Positions 25,830 to 39,500 of a stretch of 64,000 nucleotides of DNA are shown in pieces. The notes below the pieces were generated by a model. It did not search any database. It was given only the letters and a program-made list of their open reading frames with translations, and was not told the origin of the DNA. The DNA is from Psammoneis japonica (taxonomy: Eukaryota), in the NCBI GenBank assembly GCA_008632985.1, contig QPGO01000285.1, positions 1 through 64,000 on the forward strand, in the 5' to 3' direction. Positions within the stretch are counted from its first letter, which is position 1. Every line of letters starts with the position of its first letter. Made by a program: the position numbers and the translations under genes.

Positions 25830-28800
25830 CCTCCCATGCCAGGCAGCAACAAATCAATGGCCTCAAGCACATCCTGGGCACTGTTCTGAACCAAGCTGCA
25901 GACAGTCCATTGCGCTCCGCTCTCAACATTGACGGCACCGATTTGCATCAGGACCTCTTTGCTTTTACTCTGACGCAACTGGATGCCCTTGTTTGTGACA
26001 ATGGCACCAATCAAATGCCCTTGCCACGTGGTTGCAAAGCACAGACAGCAGCGCTGATTAGCCTGCACATGGCAAAAGTGCGCGGTGGTGCCGATGTTGG
26101 CAACAATCCTCAATTGTTCACACACGAGGAGTTCGCTGACTGTCGTCTCAGTCCTGAGCATGTGGCACCCCTCTCCATGGGCACAGTGCCGTCTGCTCTC
26201 CCACTCCTGGCTCATTGCCACCCAAACCGCATGACCCCATGCATGACTTTGAATGAGGCATCAAACATGACCCACTTGCCTTCGCGCTTCTCAAGTCCAA
26301 CAAACAGTGGCACACGTGGCACACCTCAATCGTCTCACAGGCCCACTCCCAGGATGTTGACTGCATTCTTGATCCGAAGCACAAGCCCTCTACAGCCAAG
26401 GACAAGGCTCTGTTTCACAAACAACAGAAGCACATGTTCGCCGTGTTCGAATGCATCTTGCAGAATGACAAATGCAAGGCACTTGTTTGTGAACATGTTG
26501 GCTCCTCTGATGCTCAAGCGGTGTGTCGTGACCTGTCCAAGTGCACCCTTGCTTCTGCTTGTGCATCCCTGGAGTCCCAACCCTTCTCATGCACCACCTC
26601 ACCACTGCTTGCCTCGGTGATGGCACCTGGAAAGGATCCACTCATGCCTTTGCACTTCACTGGCAGGACCAGCTTCACAAGTGTGAAGCTCTTGTCCCGG
26701 GTGCGGACCATTTCTCTGCTGGCCAGAAATGTGTCATGCTTGAGAATGCTGTTCAGCCTGTCAAAGAACTCTGTTCAGCAAAGAATCAGGCCAATCAGTT
26801 CTGCGCGCAGAATGGCAAGGGCCTTTCTCATGAGCAGCACTGTGGACTCCTGCTTTCTGCAGCGGCACAGTGTGGCAGCACGTTTGCCCCCAAGATGGCT
26901 CCTTGCACTCCACGCCGTGTCATCTGTGGACATGACCTGGCCCCTGACAACCCTGACAATGATGCATTCTTTGACATCAACAGCGATGTTGACGTCATCC
27001 AAGCTCATGCTGTGCAAATTCGTGGCAACTCACTCACCAGGGAACAATGGCGTTGCGTTCCACCGGACCATCAGCGCATTTGGGAAACCTTGCCCCAGCC
27101 CGCCAAGGCCATCATTCTTGGCTCGCAACACCGCCCACACCGGCAACTGCCATGACTTGACGGCAGTCAACCTGCACAACCTCTGCATTGGCAGCGATGG
27201 CGATGTCAACTTGTCTGCCAACGCTCATGATCTTGCGTCGGCCTCCACACAATCTGATGCCACAGCCAATGCAGCCAATGCCAACCCCGTTCTGGCTCAT
27301 CTCACCAGGCGCAAGCCTCTGCCACCCGGCAACTTGCAATCATCCTGACACCTGAACAGCCTCCTTCTGCTCATTCTGGAGAGAAATCCCCTGGATCTGC
27401 ACTTTCCGTCCGCTCTGACGCAAAGCCCAGCGACACTGACATCAAAAAAAATGGTCACAAATGCCATCATGTCAACAACCACAATGTTGTCTGCTCTGCC
27501 TCAACCCACAAATGACTTGCAAAGGCGCCCTCATGGATCGTGGTGCAAACAGTGGCATCGCCGGTGATGATGTTTGTGCCGCTGCTCACGCTGGTTGCCA
27601 GGTTGACGTCCAAGGTGTCGATGATCACCAGTCAGTCAACGTTCCCATTGTCGCTGCCAGTGGTGTCATCCACACACAACGTGGCCCCGTCATTGCCACT
27701 CTTCACCAGCGCGCCTGCACTGGAAAGGGCAAGACCACACACATTCTTGCGGTCAACTTGAGTGGCACAAACACAACGTCAACAATTGGTCCATCAAGGT
27801 CCCCAATGGTCTGCAGCGCATCACCACCATTGATGGATGCATCACCCCCATTGACATGAAAGGTGGCCTTCCGTGCATTGCCACGCACCTGCGCACTGAT
27901 GCTGAGTGGGGCACCTTGCCACACGTTGTCCTCACTGGTGATGACACTTGGGACCCATCTGTCCTTGACCGCCATTTTGCAGACAATGAGACATGGCATG
28001 AAGCCGCATCTGACCTCCAGGCCAACCTGACTGCCAACCTCTTTGATGGGTTTGGCAACTGTCGCCACCATCATGTTGTCAACAATGCCATGCTTGCAGA
28101 CTCCATCCTTGATGACCACCTGCTCCCAACGTCTGATTTCTTCTGTGAATGCCATGAGCGCAAGACAAATCCAAAGGGTCCCGACTTTGAGTCTCTGCAC
28201 CCTCATTTTGGCTTTCTTCCGAAGGACACTGTCCACTGCACTTTTGATTGCACGATGCAATGCGCTCACATGCCCACCAGCACACACTTGAAAAAGGTGC
28301 GCAAGTCACCCAACCCAGCTCTCAATGTCCACCAATGCAACAAACCCGTTGCCACTGACACGGTGCGCTCTGACACCCCCACCATTGACTCCGCTGCACC
28401 AGCACCCAGCTCTTTGTTGGCACCGAGTCCCTTGTCATGGACGTTTGTGGCGCCAAGTCCAACAAGGAATTTGTCAACATGCTTGAGAACAACATTTGCA
28501 GTTGTGGTGGCCTCCAAGCTCGTCAGTGACCGTGCTCAAGTTGAGATCAGCAACAAGGTTCTCGGCATCCTTCATGCCCTCTTCAGCTCCAGTTGGAAAA
28601 GCAAGCCTCACCAACAGCATCAGAATTTTGCTGAACGTCGCTGCCAAACTTTGAAGACCATGGCCAACACCATCGTGGATCACTTTGGGTCTCCGGCTTG
28701 CACCTGGCTGCTTGCCCTGATGTGGCACTGCTTCGTGCTCAACCACACGGCATCTGCCAAGCTCCACTGGCATGCTCCCACCAAAGCACTGTCCGGCTCT

Positions 28801-31340
28801 GCTCCCAACATCAGCCCATCCTCCATTTTCAATGGTGGGAACCCGTGTGCCATCACCTGGATGATTCTGACTGGCTGTCAAAATCCCATGAATTGCGCGG
28901 TCGCTTTGGCGGCATTGCCAATCACGTGGGCCACCAAATGACGCTCAAGATTCTTTCTGATGACACTCACATTCTCCACTGTTCCAACATGTGTTCCGCC
29001 CATGATCCGTCTGCCCCAAACCTGCGTCTTGCTCCTCCTGACAAGAAATCTGCTGAACCCATCGTTGAATCCCGCCACAACTCCAGGGATTTGCCGGATT
29101 CACCAGATCGGGAGGCAATCAGGATGCCCAAAATGCCGGTCTTTGACCCCAAGGATGTCATCGACTTGCCTTCCTCATGAAGCCACAAGAGGATGGACAG
29201 CACCACAGAGCCCGCATCATCAAAGTCGTTGAGGACCATGACTGGAAAATTGGAGAAAATCCCGAACTGGTCAAGTTCATTTGCTCCACCAACAATGACG
29301 AACACAAGGAAGTCCTGGCCTGCAACGACATCATGCACCACATTGAGCAAGAAGACGAGGACACTGCCCTCTGGAAGTTCCAATGCATCGTGTCACACAA
29401 AGGACCATTGCAACCCCATGATCCCTCTTGGAAAGGCTCAAGCCACAACGTCATGCTTGAATGGGAGAATGGGGAGATCACGTCTGAACCCCTTGCCATC
29501 ATTGCCAAGGACAATCCTGTCACCAGCGCCATTCATGCATGTGAGCATGGCCTCCTTGAAGCTGAAGGATGGAGGCATTTTTGCGAGAAAACCCTGCATC
29601 AGAAGAAGCCATTCCACATGGCCAACCAAGCCAAGCTGCGCTCCTTTCACACTGCACCATGATGCAAGCACAGGCATGAAGTGCCACGGGACCGCAAGCA
29701 TGCTTTGGCCCTCAATGAGCACAACGGCAACCTCAAGTGGGGAGATGCAACAGACCTTGAGATGACTCAGCTTGATGAGCACAAGGTCTTCCATGACTGC
29801 GGACATTGCAAAGATTCCAGCGCCCCGTTGGGACACAAGAAGATCTGGGTGCATCTTGTCTGCAATGTCAAACACTGCGAATGGCACAAAGCAAGGCTTG
29901 TTGCCGATGGACACCTCACAGACATGCCCGTTGACAGTGTTTGTTCCGGAGTGGTGTCTCTTTGCGGGCTGCAAATGATGATCTTCCCAGCCAAACTCAA
30001 CTAACCAGAGACTTGGGCCACCAACATTGGGAGCGCCTGTCTCAAAGCTGTGACCAAGGAGAAACTGTGCATCACAGCAGGCCCCGAATTTGGCAAGCTA
30101 GAAGGACACATCCTTGTCATCCACAAGGCCTTGCACGGACTCCGCAGCTCTGGCCTCAGATGGCATGAACGCTTTGCTGATTGCCTGCATGCCGAAGGCT
30201 TCTTCCCGTGAAAAGCTGAGCCCAAGATCTGGCTGCGCAGGAATGGTGGCCACTGCGAATGCGTGGCAGCACACTTGGACAACCCAGCCTTTGCCATGAA
30301 GAACCCCCAGGCTTTCACAGACACCCTCATGGAGAAATGCAAGTTCAAGCTCAAAGGCACTGGACCATTGGAGTTCCATCTTGGTTGCAATTTCACCCAT
30401 GATCCTGATGGCACCCTGTGCCTTGCTCCCCGCAAGTGCATTGAGCGCATGGTTGACAACTGCGTGTGCCTCCATGGGGAGAAGCCCTGCACTGATGTGC
30501 TTTCACCCCTTGACAAGGGAGACCACCCTGAGCTTGACACTTCCGAATTGCTCAAACCGGGTGGCATCCACCAACTTCAATCCTCAATTGGTTCCCTGCA
30601 ATGGGCCGCACCCCTTGGTCACATTGACGTTGCTGCGGCTGTCATGTCTCTGTCTGGCTTCTGTGCAGTGCCCTGCCAGGGCCACCTGGACCGCGCCACA
30701 CGTGTCTGCAGATTCCTCTCCAAGATGCATCATGGTGCCCTCCGAGTGCACACTGAGAAGTCTGACTGTTCAGACCTTCCCAAGCCCATGCATGACTGGG
30801 CCCAGTCTGTGCATGGGGAGGCAGAAGAGCTGCTCCCACAAGATGCGCCTGAGCCACTTGGCAAGTTCGTCACCACACACACTGCATTGATGCAAACTTG
30901 TTTCATTGCATGCTTGCTGGATGCTCTGTCACCAGCATCCTCCATTTCCTCAACAAGTTTCCGGCTGATTGGTTCTCTGAGAAACAAGCTGCAGTTGAGA
31001 CTGCCACGTGTGGATCTGAGTTTGTCGCCACAAGGACGTGCGTTGAGCAGATTGTTGACCTGCGCATGACTTTGCGTTGCCTTGGCATCCCCGCTTGTGA
31101 AACATGTTGCATGTTTGGGGACAACAAGTCAGTTGTGGACAGCGCCACCATCCACCGCACTCCAAGTCACACAAGCAACACACCACCCTCTTGTTCCATC
31201 GTGTGTGTGAGGCAATTGCCTCCGGTTTCCTTGAGCTTCATTTCGTCAAAGGGTCTTGCAACCCAGCTGACATCCTCAGCAAGCATTGGGGTTGCTCCCA
31301 AGTCTGGAACCTCCTTTGTCCTCCAATGTTTTGGAACTTT
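25830..31340 (+). pseudogene. copia-2 gag-pol remnant
   Basis: ALMDRGANSGIAGDDV (protease), VATDTVRSDTP and HQQHQNFAERRCQT (integrase), KGSSHNVMLEWENGEITSEPL, KARLVADGHLT, VCSGVVSL, KALHGLRSSG, AAHLDN (degraded YVDD), VETATCGSEFVA and MFGDNKSVV (RNase H). Confidence 0.92.
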
Positions 31341-31408
31341 GATCCCGAGGCTTTCAACCAATCTGACTTTGAATCCATTGCTGTTGACCCCTCAAGCAAA
31401 CTGGGGAG

Positions 31409-31653
31409 TGACAGGATTTGAACAAGATTTTGGTTTGTCACACACAATTGTGTGTGCTCTTAGTTCCATGCGTGCCGTGCAATGTGGTTTGCTTTCAAGC
31501 CACATGGCTCACAAGAACAATGACAGCAGTGCCAAGATCATGACACCAGTCTTTGAGCTCCTGCAATGGTCTCTGCATGGAGACTCATCTGCCATTTAGA
31601 CAGCAGCAAGGAGTCATTGTTTTCTTCCACCCAGTCATCTTCAATTTCTGTCA
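31409..31653 (+). repeat. copia-2 3' LTR
   Basis: Preceded by a purine tract; ends CTGTCA followed by TSD CCAGG. Confidence 0.95.
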
Positions 31654-32505
31654 CCAGGAAAACAGCCAGTTCTTTCAAGAAAAGCAACTTGTTTCAAGGA
31701 AAACAGCCAGTTCTTTCAAGGAAAACAACCAGTTGTCTTTGTTGATGTCAAGAAAGCCAGCCAGTTGCTTCAAGGAAAACAGCCAGTTGTTTTTGTTGAT
31801 GTCAAGGAAAACAGCCAGTTGCTTCAAGGAAAACAACAAGCTGCTTCAAGGAAAACAACCAGCTGTTTTTGTTGATGCCAAGAAAACCGACCAGTTGTTT
31901 CAAGGAAAATGACCTGCTGCTCTTTGTTGATGTCAAGAAAAACAACTGGCTGTTTCAAGGAAAACAGCCAGTTCTTTCAAGGAAAACAACCAGCTCTTTC
32001 AAGGAAAACAACCAGCTGTTTTTGTTGATGTCAAGAAATGCAGCCAGCTGTTTCAAGGAAAACAACCAGCTGCTTTTGTTGATGCCAAGGAAAACAACGA
32101 GTTGCCTTTGTTGATGTCAAGGAAAATGCACAGTTGTTTCATGGAAAACAGCAAGTTGCTTTTGTCAATGTCAAAAAAACCAGCCAGTTGTTTCAAGGAA
32201 AATGACCAGCTGATTTTGTTGATGCCAAAGAAAACAACAAGTTGCCTTTGTTGATGTCAAGGAAAATGTGCAGTTGTTTCAAAAAAGAAAACAGCAAGTT
32301 GCTTTTGTCAATGTCAAGAAAACCAGCCAGTTGTTTCAAGGAAAATGACCAGCTGATTTTGTTGGTGCCAAAGAAAACAACAAGTTGCCTTTGTTGATGT
32401 CAAGGAAAATGTGCAGTTGTTTCAAAAAAGAAAACAGCAAGTTGCTTTTGTCAATGTCAAGAAAACCAGCCAGTTGTTTCAAGGAAAACAACCAGCTGGT
32501 TTTGT
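31654..32505 (+). repeat. Satellite B (continues after copia-2)
   Basis: Same GTTGTTTCAAGGAAAACA units with TTTGTTGATGTCAAG higher-order spacers. Confidence 0.92.
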
Positions 32506-32519
32506 TGCTGTGAAGGACA

Positions 32520-32810
32520 GCTGTGTTTTTGACACTTGCACAGCATCCTCTCATGCTGTTGCTCCAGAGGAGCAGGTGTCAGATGCCTTTGCCCGGCGCC
32601 ATCTCAAGAAGCCATCTGCATGGCCTGAATGGCACATGGGCAAGTTCAAGCAACTGGGCCAGTTCTGTGAATTGGATGTGTTTGCTGCCCCCATCAAGTT
32701 TCCCATGGGTGTCATTGTGCTTTGCCCACATTGGCAGCATGGCCTCAAGCATGATGGTGCAAGGCATTCCTGTCAATGTTTTTGTGGCTCCCTGTGCACA
32801 GTGACCACAC
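32520..32810 (+). pseudogene. Fragment of a third copia reverse transcriptase
   Basis: WPEWHMGKFKQLGQF...VLCPHWQHGLKHDGARHSCQCFCGS resembles the copia RT N-terminus (W..A...E....; W.Y..K.DG..K.R....GS). Confidence 0.65.
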
Positions 32811-32849
32811 GATGTGGGCGCAAGCCCAGTGCTTGCTGACTGAGAACAT

Positions 32850-33085
32850 GCACTCCAGAGAGGGGGCCAACGTCAGTTGCCACGAAAGTGATGTGTGGAT
32901 GAAGAGAGGCACCCTCTGAGGCAGCCCCCAATGCTGGAAAGTGCCAAACAGCAAGCCGCGCTTCTGCTTGTGTGACAAATGCATTCCAGAGAGGGGGCCA
33001 ATGTCAGTCACTGCAAAAGTGATGCAGACAATCAGAGGCAGCATTTGAGGCAGTTCAAGATGCTGGAAAGTGCAAACAGCGTGTG
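32850..33085 (+). repeat. Diverged ~130-bp tandem duplication
   Basis: CCAGAGAGGGGGCCAA(C/T)GTCAGT...ATGCTGGAAAGTGC occurs twice. Confidence 0.7.
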
Positions 33086-33899
33086 AGCATGTGAGATTGT
33101 AGCTTGGTTTGATGCACAACGTGAGTTGTCTGCACGCCGGCATGTGGTGCTTGCATCAAGCAGCTGACAATGCAAGACAAATCAGACTTTCCACAGTGAT
33201 GGAAATTTTGTCATGCTGGCGTGCATCTCAGATTGTTGCCCTGCCAGACAATGAAGAAAGAGGACAGTGCAACACAGGGAAGATTGTCACCAGACTGATG
33301 CACAGTGATTGTGAGAGCACAATGAGTGTCACATCCTTGCATCCACGATCAACTTGACTCAGTTTGCTTGGCGGGTCATTGTGGATGACTGATGGATGCT
33401 GTCATCATGTCCCCCTTTCCAGAGAGTGGGCTCTCACAGCGCAAAAGTTGGAGGATGGGCACAGATTGTGTCCTCCCATGCTCTTGACAAGAAAAAATTT
33501 GAGGCTGTTCTGTTGCATGGTCTTCACCTCTGTCACAACCAGCAGAGCCACATCAGATGCCTCAGGGTTCCACAACACATGGAGCCTGAAACTTTGCACA
33601 TTTGAAGGGTGTCATGCTTGCTGCACCCCCACACCAGACACATCCACGCTGCATTGCACAGAGTGCTGGATCCTTGTGATTGCACTCTTCTGGCCCTCCT
33701 GTGGTGACGGAATCAAACCAGTGTGCAAGGGATCTAGAATTCTCCCAAGCTGACAACTCCTCAGTCACAGACTGGGTGCAAAGCACCTGAGCTGACACTC
33801 AAAATGGAGTGCAAAACATCAGACTGAAAAGAAAATGAGTGCAATGCACCAAACATGTTTGCCAATCTGGCGACAAATCCGAAGCATGTCGAACATGCG

Positions 33900-35350
33900 A
33901 TGCGTCGAGAAGAAACTTTGGGCTTCTTGTTTGAGCCTCGTCCAATGAATGTCATCAATGTGACTTGACGCTTTGGGCCTTGAAGCCCCACACGCATCTG
34001 GCACAAGTCAAATGGTCCTGCCACAAAGTGTTCAGCCAAAGGGGAAGGAGCAGACCGCAGATGGCCAAACCAGGGTGTCATTCATTGCTGAAATTTCACC
34101 CACCTTCTGAGGTCTAACTGGGAAAAGCCATGGGTCTCAACCATTGGCTCAAAGCTTGCAAACATCCAGCCAGAACCTGCCATTGACCAGGGATCTTGAG
34201 CTCCAATCTGAGTGCTGCTGTGCCCACCAATGTGCGTGATGCACACCTTGAGCAGTCGCGTGACAATGGCTGGACTCCAGCCAATCCACTTGTGCAACAG
34301 AGAGCAGGAGTCACTTGAGCTTGAGGATGACAGGCAACAAAAAACATCTTGGTGGTCAAGTTGGATGTGGGCTTGTGCAGCTTGGCAAAAAACTGCTTGG
34401 TGCTTGGATGAACTGCGCCGGGGACCAAAGTGGGGAGAGGCACTGCATTGGTTGCAGAGCCTTCCTCATCCAAGTCACCATCTGCATCATCAACTGTTTC
34501 CAAATCTTTGATGTGACCTTGAGAGCCTGAATCCAAAGAATCTGTTTCAACTGGAGGTTTGCCGGACCACATGCTTTGCAATGGTTCAAACACAAAGTCC
34601 TCTCCTGCGTCAGCCTTGGAGCAGCCACCTCATGGAACATTTCCAAGCCACTTTTCTAAAGGAGAACCAGCAATCTTAGAATGGAAATGAAAGAAACGAG
34701 TGCCAGTGCCATCAGCTGTCATGTGAAAAATCATTGCAGATGGCAACAGTGTCATTTGCACAACATTCTCCTTGTGAAACCATCCGGGATGACCCAATCC
34801 TTGAACAAAAGGCAGCTTCTGAAGCTTGCAAGAAACAGGGAAGACCTTCTCAAGCACTCTGCACAGACCCTCAGGGCAAAAAAGCAGCTTGGCAGAGATG
34901 CCTTGTGACTTGTCTGACTTGACTTGCTTGCGCACACACGCTGTGTCCCCTGAGTTAAACTTGCGGCATGCTCTGCCCCAACTTTTTAGCTCAACATGCC
35001 TGTGACGCCACTTGTCATTCAACACCACATTCAACAACTCATGCTGCTTGAATGGCGATGGAGCAGTCAACTCAAAATGCTTGAGAGCACATTGTGGCAC
35101 TGAGGCTGAGCCATGGATGGGCTGGGCTTGAATGTCCAATGGAAAAGGAAACTTGTGTCCAACAGCCACCAGTGACCTTGCAATGTCAGCAGCATCAACA
35201 GGCAACATGCTCCATGCGTGTGCAGCAAAAAGAACACCAAGCTTCCAGAGTGTTGACGACTCTCTCTGTTTTGTTGAGAAACCGGTTGAAACTCTCATTG
35301 CAAACAGCGCAATGATTGCACCATGTTCTGTTCCTCACTGCACTCCAATT
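33900..35350 (-). pseudogene. LTR-retrotransposon integrase C-terminal remnant
   Basis: ESFNRFLNK (cf. ERFNR.L), W..GVLFAAHAW (cf. AYAWN), GHKFPFPLD, FNSGDTACVRKQV, EGLCRV (cf. GPY). Confidence 0.55.
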
Positions 35351-36599
35351 CAAGCCAATCCTTTTTGGATCAGCGCACCAGCACTTTTGCCACTGTTGCA
35401 GATGCCGCCAAATCTCCAGCCGGATCTGAGCCAAAAATGCTGCTGTTTCCGAGCAAAAAAATTCCATCTTTCAAAATCAATCTTGTCTGGGGTGGCTGCT
35501 TGAGGAAGAGTGCCACATGGCAAACAATGTTCATCAAAAGCAGCACCCAAATGCAGATTCATCACTCACCCTTTCATTCCAGCCAATGCTGCATCTTGAC
35601 TTTGCACCAAGATGGAAGATGGGAAATGGGGGGCATGGTGCCACAAATGAAGCCAACCATGGAATTTTTTCATGCATGACAGGCTTGTGATCTGCATCTT
35701 CAATGCCACAAAAATGCAACAAGACAGTGCACCTTGCACTCATTTTTGCTGTTGCTGCACTCTTCTCCTCTCTTCTTTGCTTCTCTCTTGTTGTTGCAGC
35801 AGCAACGGGGTTGCTTCGCTCCCCCTCTCCCCCCCTCTTCTTCCGTCAGCACCCCCCCTGTTTTCCCTGGTGGTTGAAGGGTTGACATCTGAGGCCCGCA
35901 GAAAAGGCCTTCAGTCACATGTCACTGAGCCCCACCATCTCATGGCATGCACGCACGCGCCTTGATTGGAAGGCCCCACTCCAGATTGAAGTTGACGCTT
36001 GCTTGTTGGAAAGACAACATTTTTGTTCATTCTCAATTTGCAGATTAGAATGTCAGGCATTTGTTGTGCCACGACACATTTCATTTAATTGACATTTGTT
36101 GACTTGTGCGCCAAAATGCCAAGTCACACGGCACTGTCATTCCCTCAACTGAGGACAGTTGCATTTTGTTCCAGCTGAAAAATGTTCATTTTCATGTTGA
36201 ACAAGGCACTTTTGCCAAAATTTCTGCATCTCCGTCTTCATGATGGATGTTGACAATTCTGCAAAATTTTCCACCCTTTTCTGCTCTCCCCCAAAACCCC
36301 CTCCTCTCCGCCAAATCACAATCTTTCATTTGCGCCGTTCCCCCGAGCGATCCTGTTTGGGGCATTTGTCCCTTCTGCTTGTGATCCACAGGTCCAATCC
36401 CCCATGGTTTTGGCGAATCTGCGCAGAGCCGTGAAAGCAGCATGACAACAAGTCCGTGGTTTCTGCGTCCTCTGTTCATGCCGCGATGGCCCATGGCAGT
36501 GTTCCTCTCCTGCTGTTGCGACCATGGCCCATTGCAAAGTCATGCCCAAGCAAAAGCAATGTCTCTCTTCTGGCTCTGAATCATTCGGGGATGCCACCG

Positions 36600-39500
36600 A
36601 GTGTGCCACTCACCCATCGCACCACTTTGTCACGTCTCCAGACCATGACGGCTTGCTTGATGACATCATTCAACATCATCCAACGTGGAGGCAAACCTCT
36701 CTGATGACTTCAATCTCAGCTCTGATGACTGCTCCAGTGGCAACGACTCGTCTGCTCAAGGCAATGATCACGCCAGTGCACCGTCTGCATCCAGAGACCT
36801 TGACGGTTGTGCCAGTGATCTTTCTTTTCCCAACAAAGACGATGTGGGTGCCGATTCTTTAGACGGAAGCGATGTCTCTGTTCTTGACGACCATGCCAAA
36901 GTGTGCACAAATGGTGTTGACGGTGCCTGCATGACAAAGCCCCAATTTAAAGAAATCATCGAGACGCAGCACTGCCGCCAGAAGTTCATCGAGACTCACA
37001 ACTGGACACCCTCCGCTGACCTCATTGCCCTGCCCTTCATTTGTCACAACTGCCAGAATTGAGCCTCCCATTTCTTCATGGAAGTGTTGATGGTCAACAA
37101 CATGGTTGTTGCCCATTCTCTTGGCCACAAAGATGGCTTTCATTGTGCAAAAAGCCGTGGCTGGATTTGTTTTTGTCGCAAAGATGGGAGGCATGTTCTG
37201 GAGTGCCACAAGCTGGCCGAAACCATTTCCAATCTTGCCCGATTTGGAAACATCTCCATGCAATCATTGATGATTTACACGAGATGACAGTGAGCGAACA
37301 AATTGGCAACGACCCATGCTTCCTTTGGCTCCACAGCTTCAGATCCAAGTTGGATTTTTTTGCGCAATGCCTGAGCATCGCTGCCACCACAATGGACTGT
37401 TGCTTTCTCCCTCATGTTGATGAAGAGTTCGGCAATTTTTGATGCTGGTCGACCATCATTTTTTCCAGCTGCGAAAAGAGGAAACAGTTCGTTCTGTTTT
37501 GCAACAATGTTTTGACCCTGATGAGCATGGGACAGAAGTTGAAGGATGGGAAGGTTGCCAAGAAGATCCTTGCCGATCATCTGGAATGTGTCAAGGTTTG
37601 CGTCGACACTCATGCCATGGCGAAAGGCATGGCACAAAAACACCAAGAGTTGGTTGAGCGTGAGCTCCATTCCACCTTCAAGTGTTCCTACAAGGACATG
37701 AATCGTCTCAAGTTCCGCAACCTGGCAATTGTGCGATCGCGTGTCCACGATCTCACGCATCCACACCTTTCCCGTGTGGCAAAGGCAAAGTTTGTTTCTT
37801 CCACCAAGAGGAGGAAGAAGAGCAAGGATTCCTCCAGTGTGTCTGCTGGTTCTCTGGCACCTCTGCCCCCTTCATCCAAGAAAGAAACCAACCGGAATCC
37901 TGTTGCTCATCCAACCGGCACCATGGCCAATGCCCCACCATCCGCCAAATGCCACATGAGTGCACTGGCCTCCCAGTTGCAACCTTCGGCTGAAGACAAA
38001 GTCGAGGCGTTGTTGGACGGAGAGTTGTCGTCGTCGGGTGAATCATCAACTGAAGACCACCCCATCCAGAATGTTCCCGACGCAGGTGCTGTGGGTCCAT
38101 CCACGGGAGGAGTCACTTCTTTGGCATCTCCATCAAAGCCAAGCACATTGGCCAGCACCACAACTTCCTCATCAATCGACGATCGGTTCCCCCGTGGTCA
38201 TTGTCGCCGCTTTGTGTCCCTTTCTGATGTCTCTGGGCATGCTCCTTGTGTTTGCATCATTTGTGATCCAGGTGACGATGACGATGACAACAAGCAATCT
38301 GCCAATTGTGAGTTGAACCTGCATCATTCTCCAGCTGACTGTCACTTGCTCGATGATCTACGACATCATCTCCACTCCTTTGTGATGACGCAACCACTTC
38401 CTTCTGCTGCAAATCATGGCCGGGAGCTGGTGGTTGTCCCACCCAGAGCTCAACGTGTTCAGGATGATGCCGCCATTTTGCACTTGTCCTCCCGTCTTTG
38501 GCAGAAACACTTTGGATCTCTCCAAGTTGATGTTGGCATGATTGCCCATTTTGTGCTTGAACATGGCCATTCCAATCCCAATCGTGATGGGAAGATCATG
38601 CGCTGCAAGAAAAACAACGTAGATCGGTCCAAGCAGCCAGACAAATGGGACTGGATCGATTTTGGCTGCTGTGGTTGGTCTCACAATGTGCTCAAGAATG
38701 GCGGGAAAGTCCCATCACTGCAAGTCGGTTTTGGAATTTTTGAGAAAGAAAAAAACGTCGTCATCCGCAATCAGATTAAGTCCATGCTTGCGGATGTGCA
38801 CGATTCCATGCAGAGGTGCCATGGTGAGCTGGAGACAGAGCACTTTGGCAATCCTTGACCCCACAACAACACCACAAGAACTGCAATGTGTGGGGCCGCG
38901 CTTCACACTGGGCTGGGTTGCAAAGCAGCAAGGAATGAGCTTGGCACTGTCCAAGTTAAGACAATGCCTGATGGTGTGCAGATTCATCCAGACAAGTTGG
39001 GGAATGTCGTTTCTGTCAAGTTCCTTGCCAACAGCTGGAAACGCACGGGTGAACATTTTGACCAGCATCTGACGTCATTGCCGTTGAAGACAATGATGCT
39101 GAAGCATGTCACAGCCACAAATCGCGCATGCAAGGAGTTCTCTTTGTCGCGCAAGGGTCCTCATGGTCCACCAATGGATTTGAACCACCGCCATCCCAAG
39201 AACATGTTTCTCGATGATCATTGCCCACACAAGGAAAAGGCACTCGACAAGGCTGGTTCGACTGTCATGGACAGGTTGGAGTTTCCCACCTCCTGCATTT
39301 GGGATTTGTGGTTGTCAATGGGGATCACCATCCTGCTCTGACTCTGAGATGTGCTCGGAATCCACAAGGTTGTCAAGATTGCAATCATGGCTTCTTGTCA
39401 GACTGGATTCCACTGGTTCTTCCACATCGGCATGGAGCACAGGGACGAGTTGACTGAACTCAGTTCTGATCCTGCACTTGTCTGCTGTCAACTGGGCATG

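Larger units (their letters stand above)
24793..31653 (+). mobile_element. Ty1/copia LTR retrotransposon 2 (CoDi-like), full length but degenerate
   Basis: LTRs 24793-25040 and 31409-31653 with TGACAG...CTGTCA ends; 5-bp TSD CAAGG/CCAGG; PPT-like CTGGGGAG; gag-PR-INT-RT-RH order. Confidence 0.95.
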
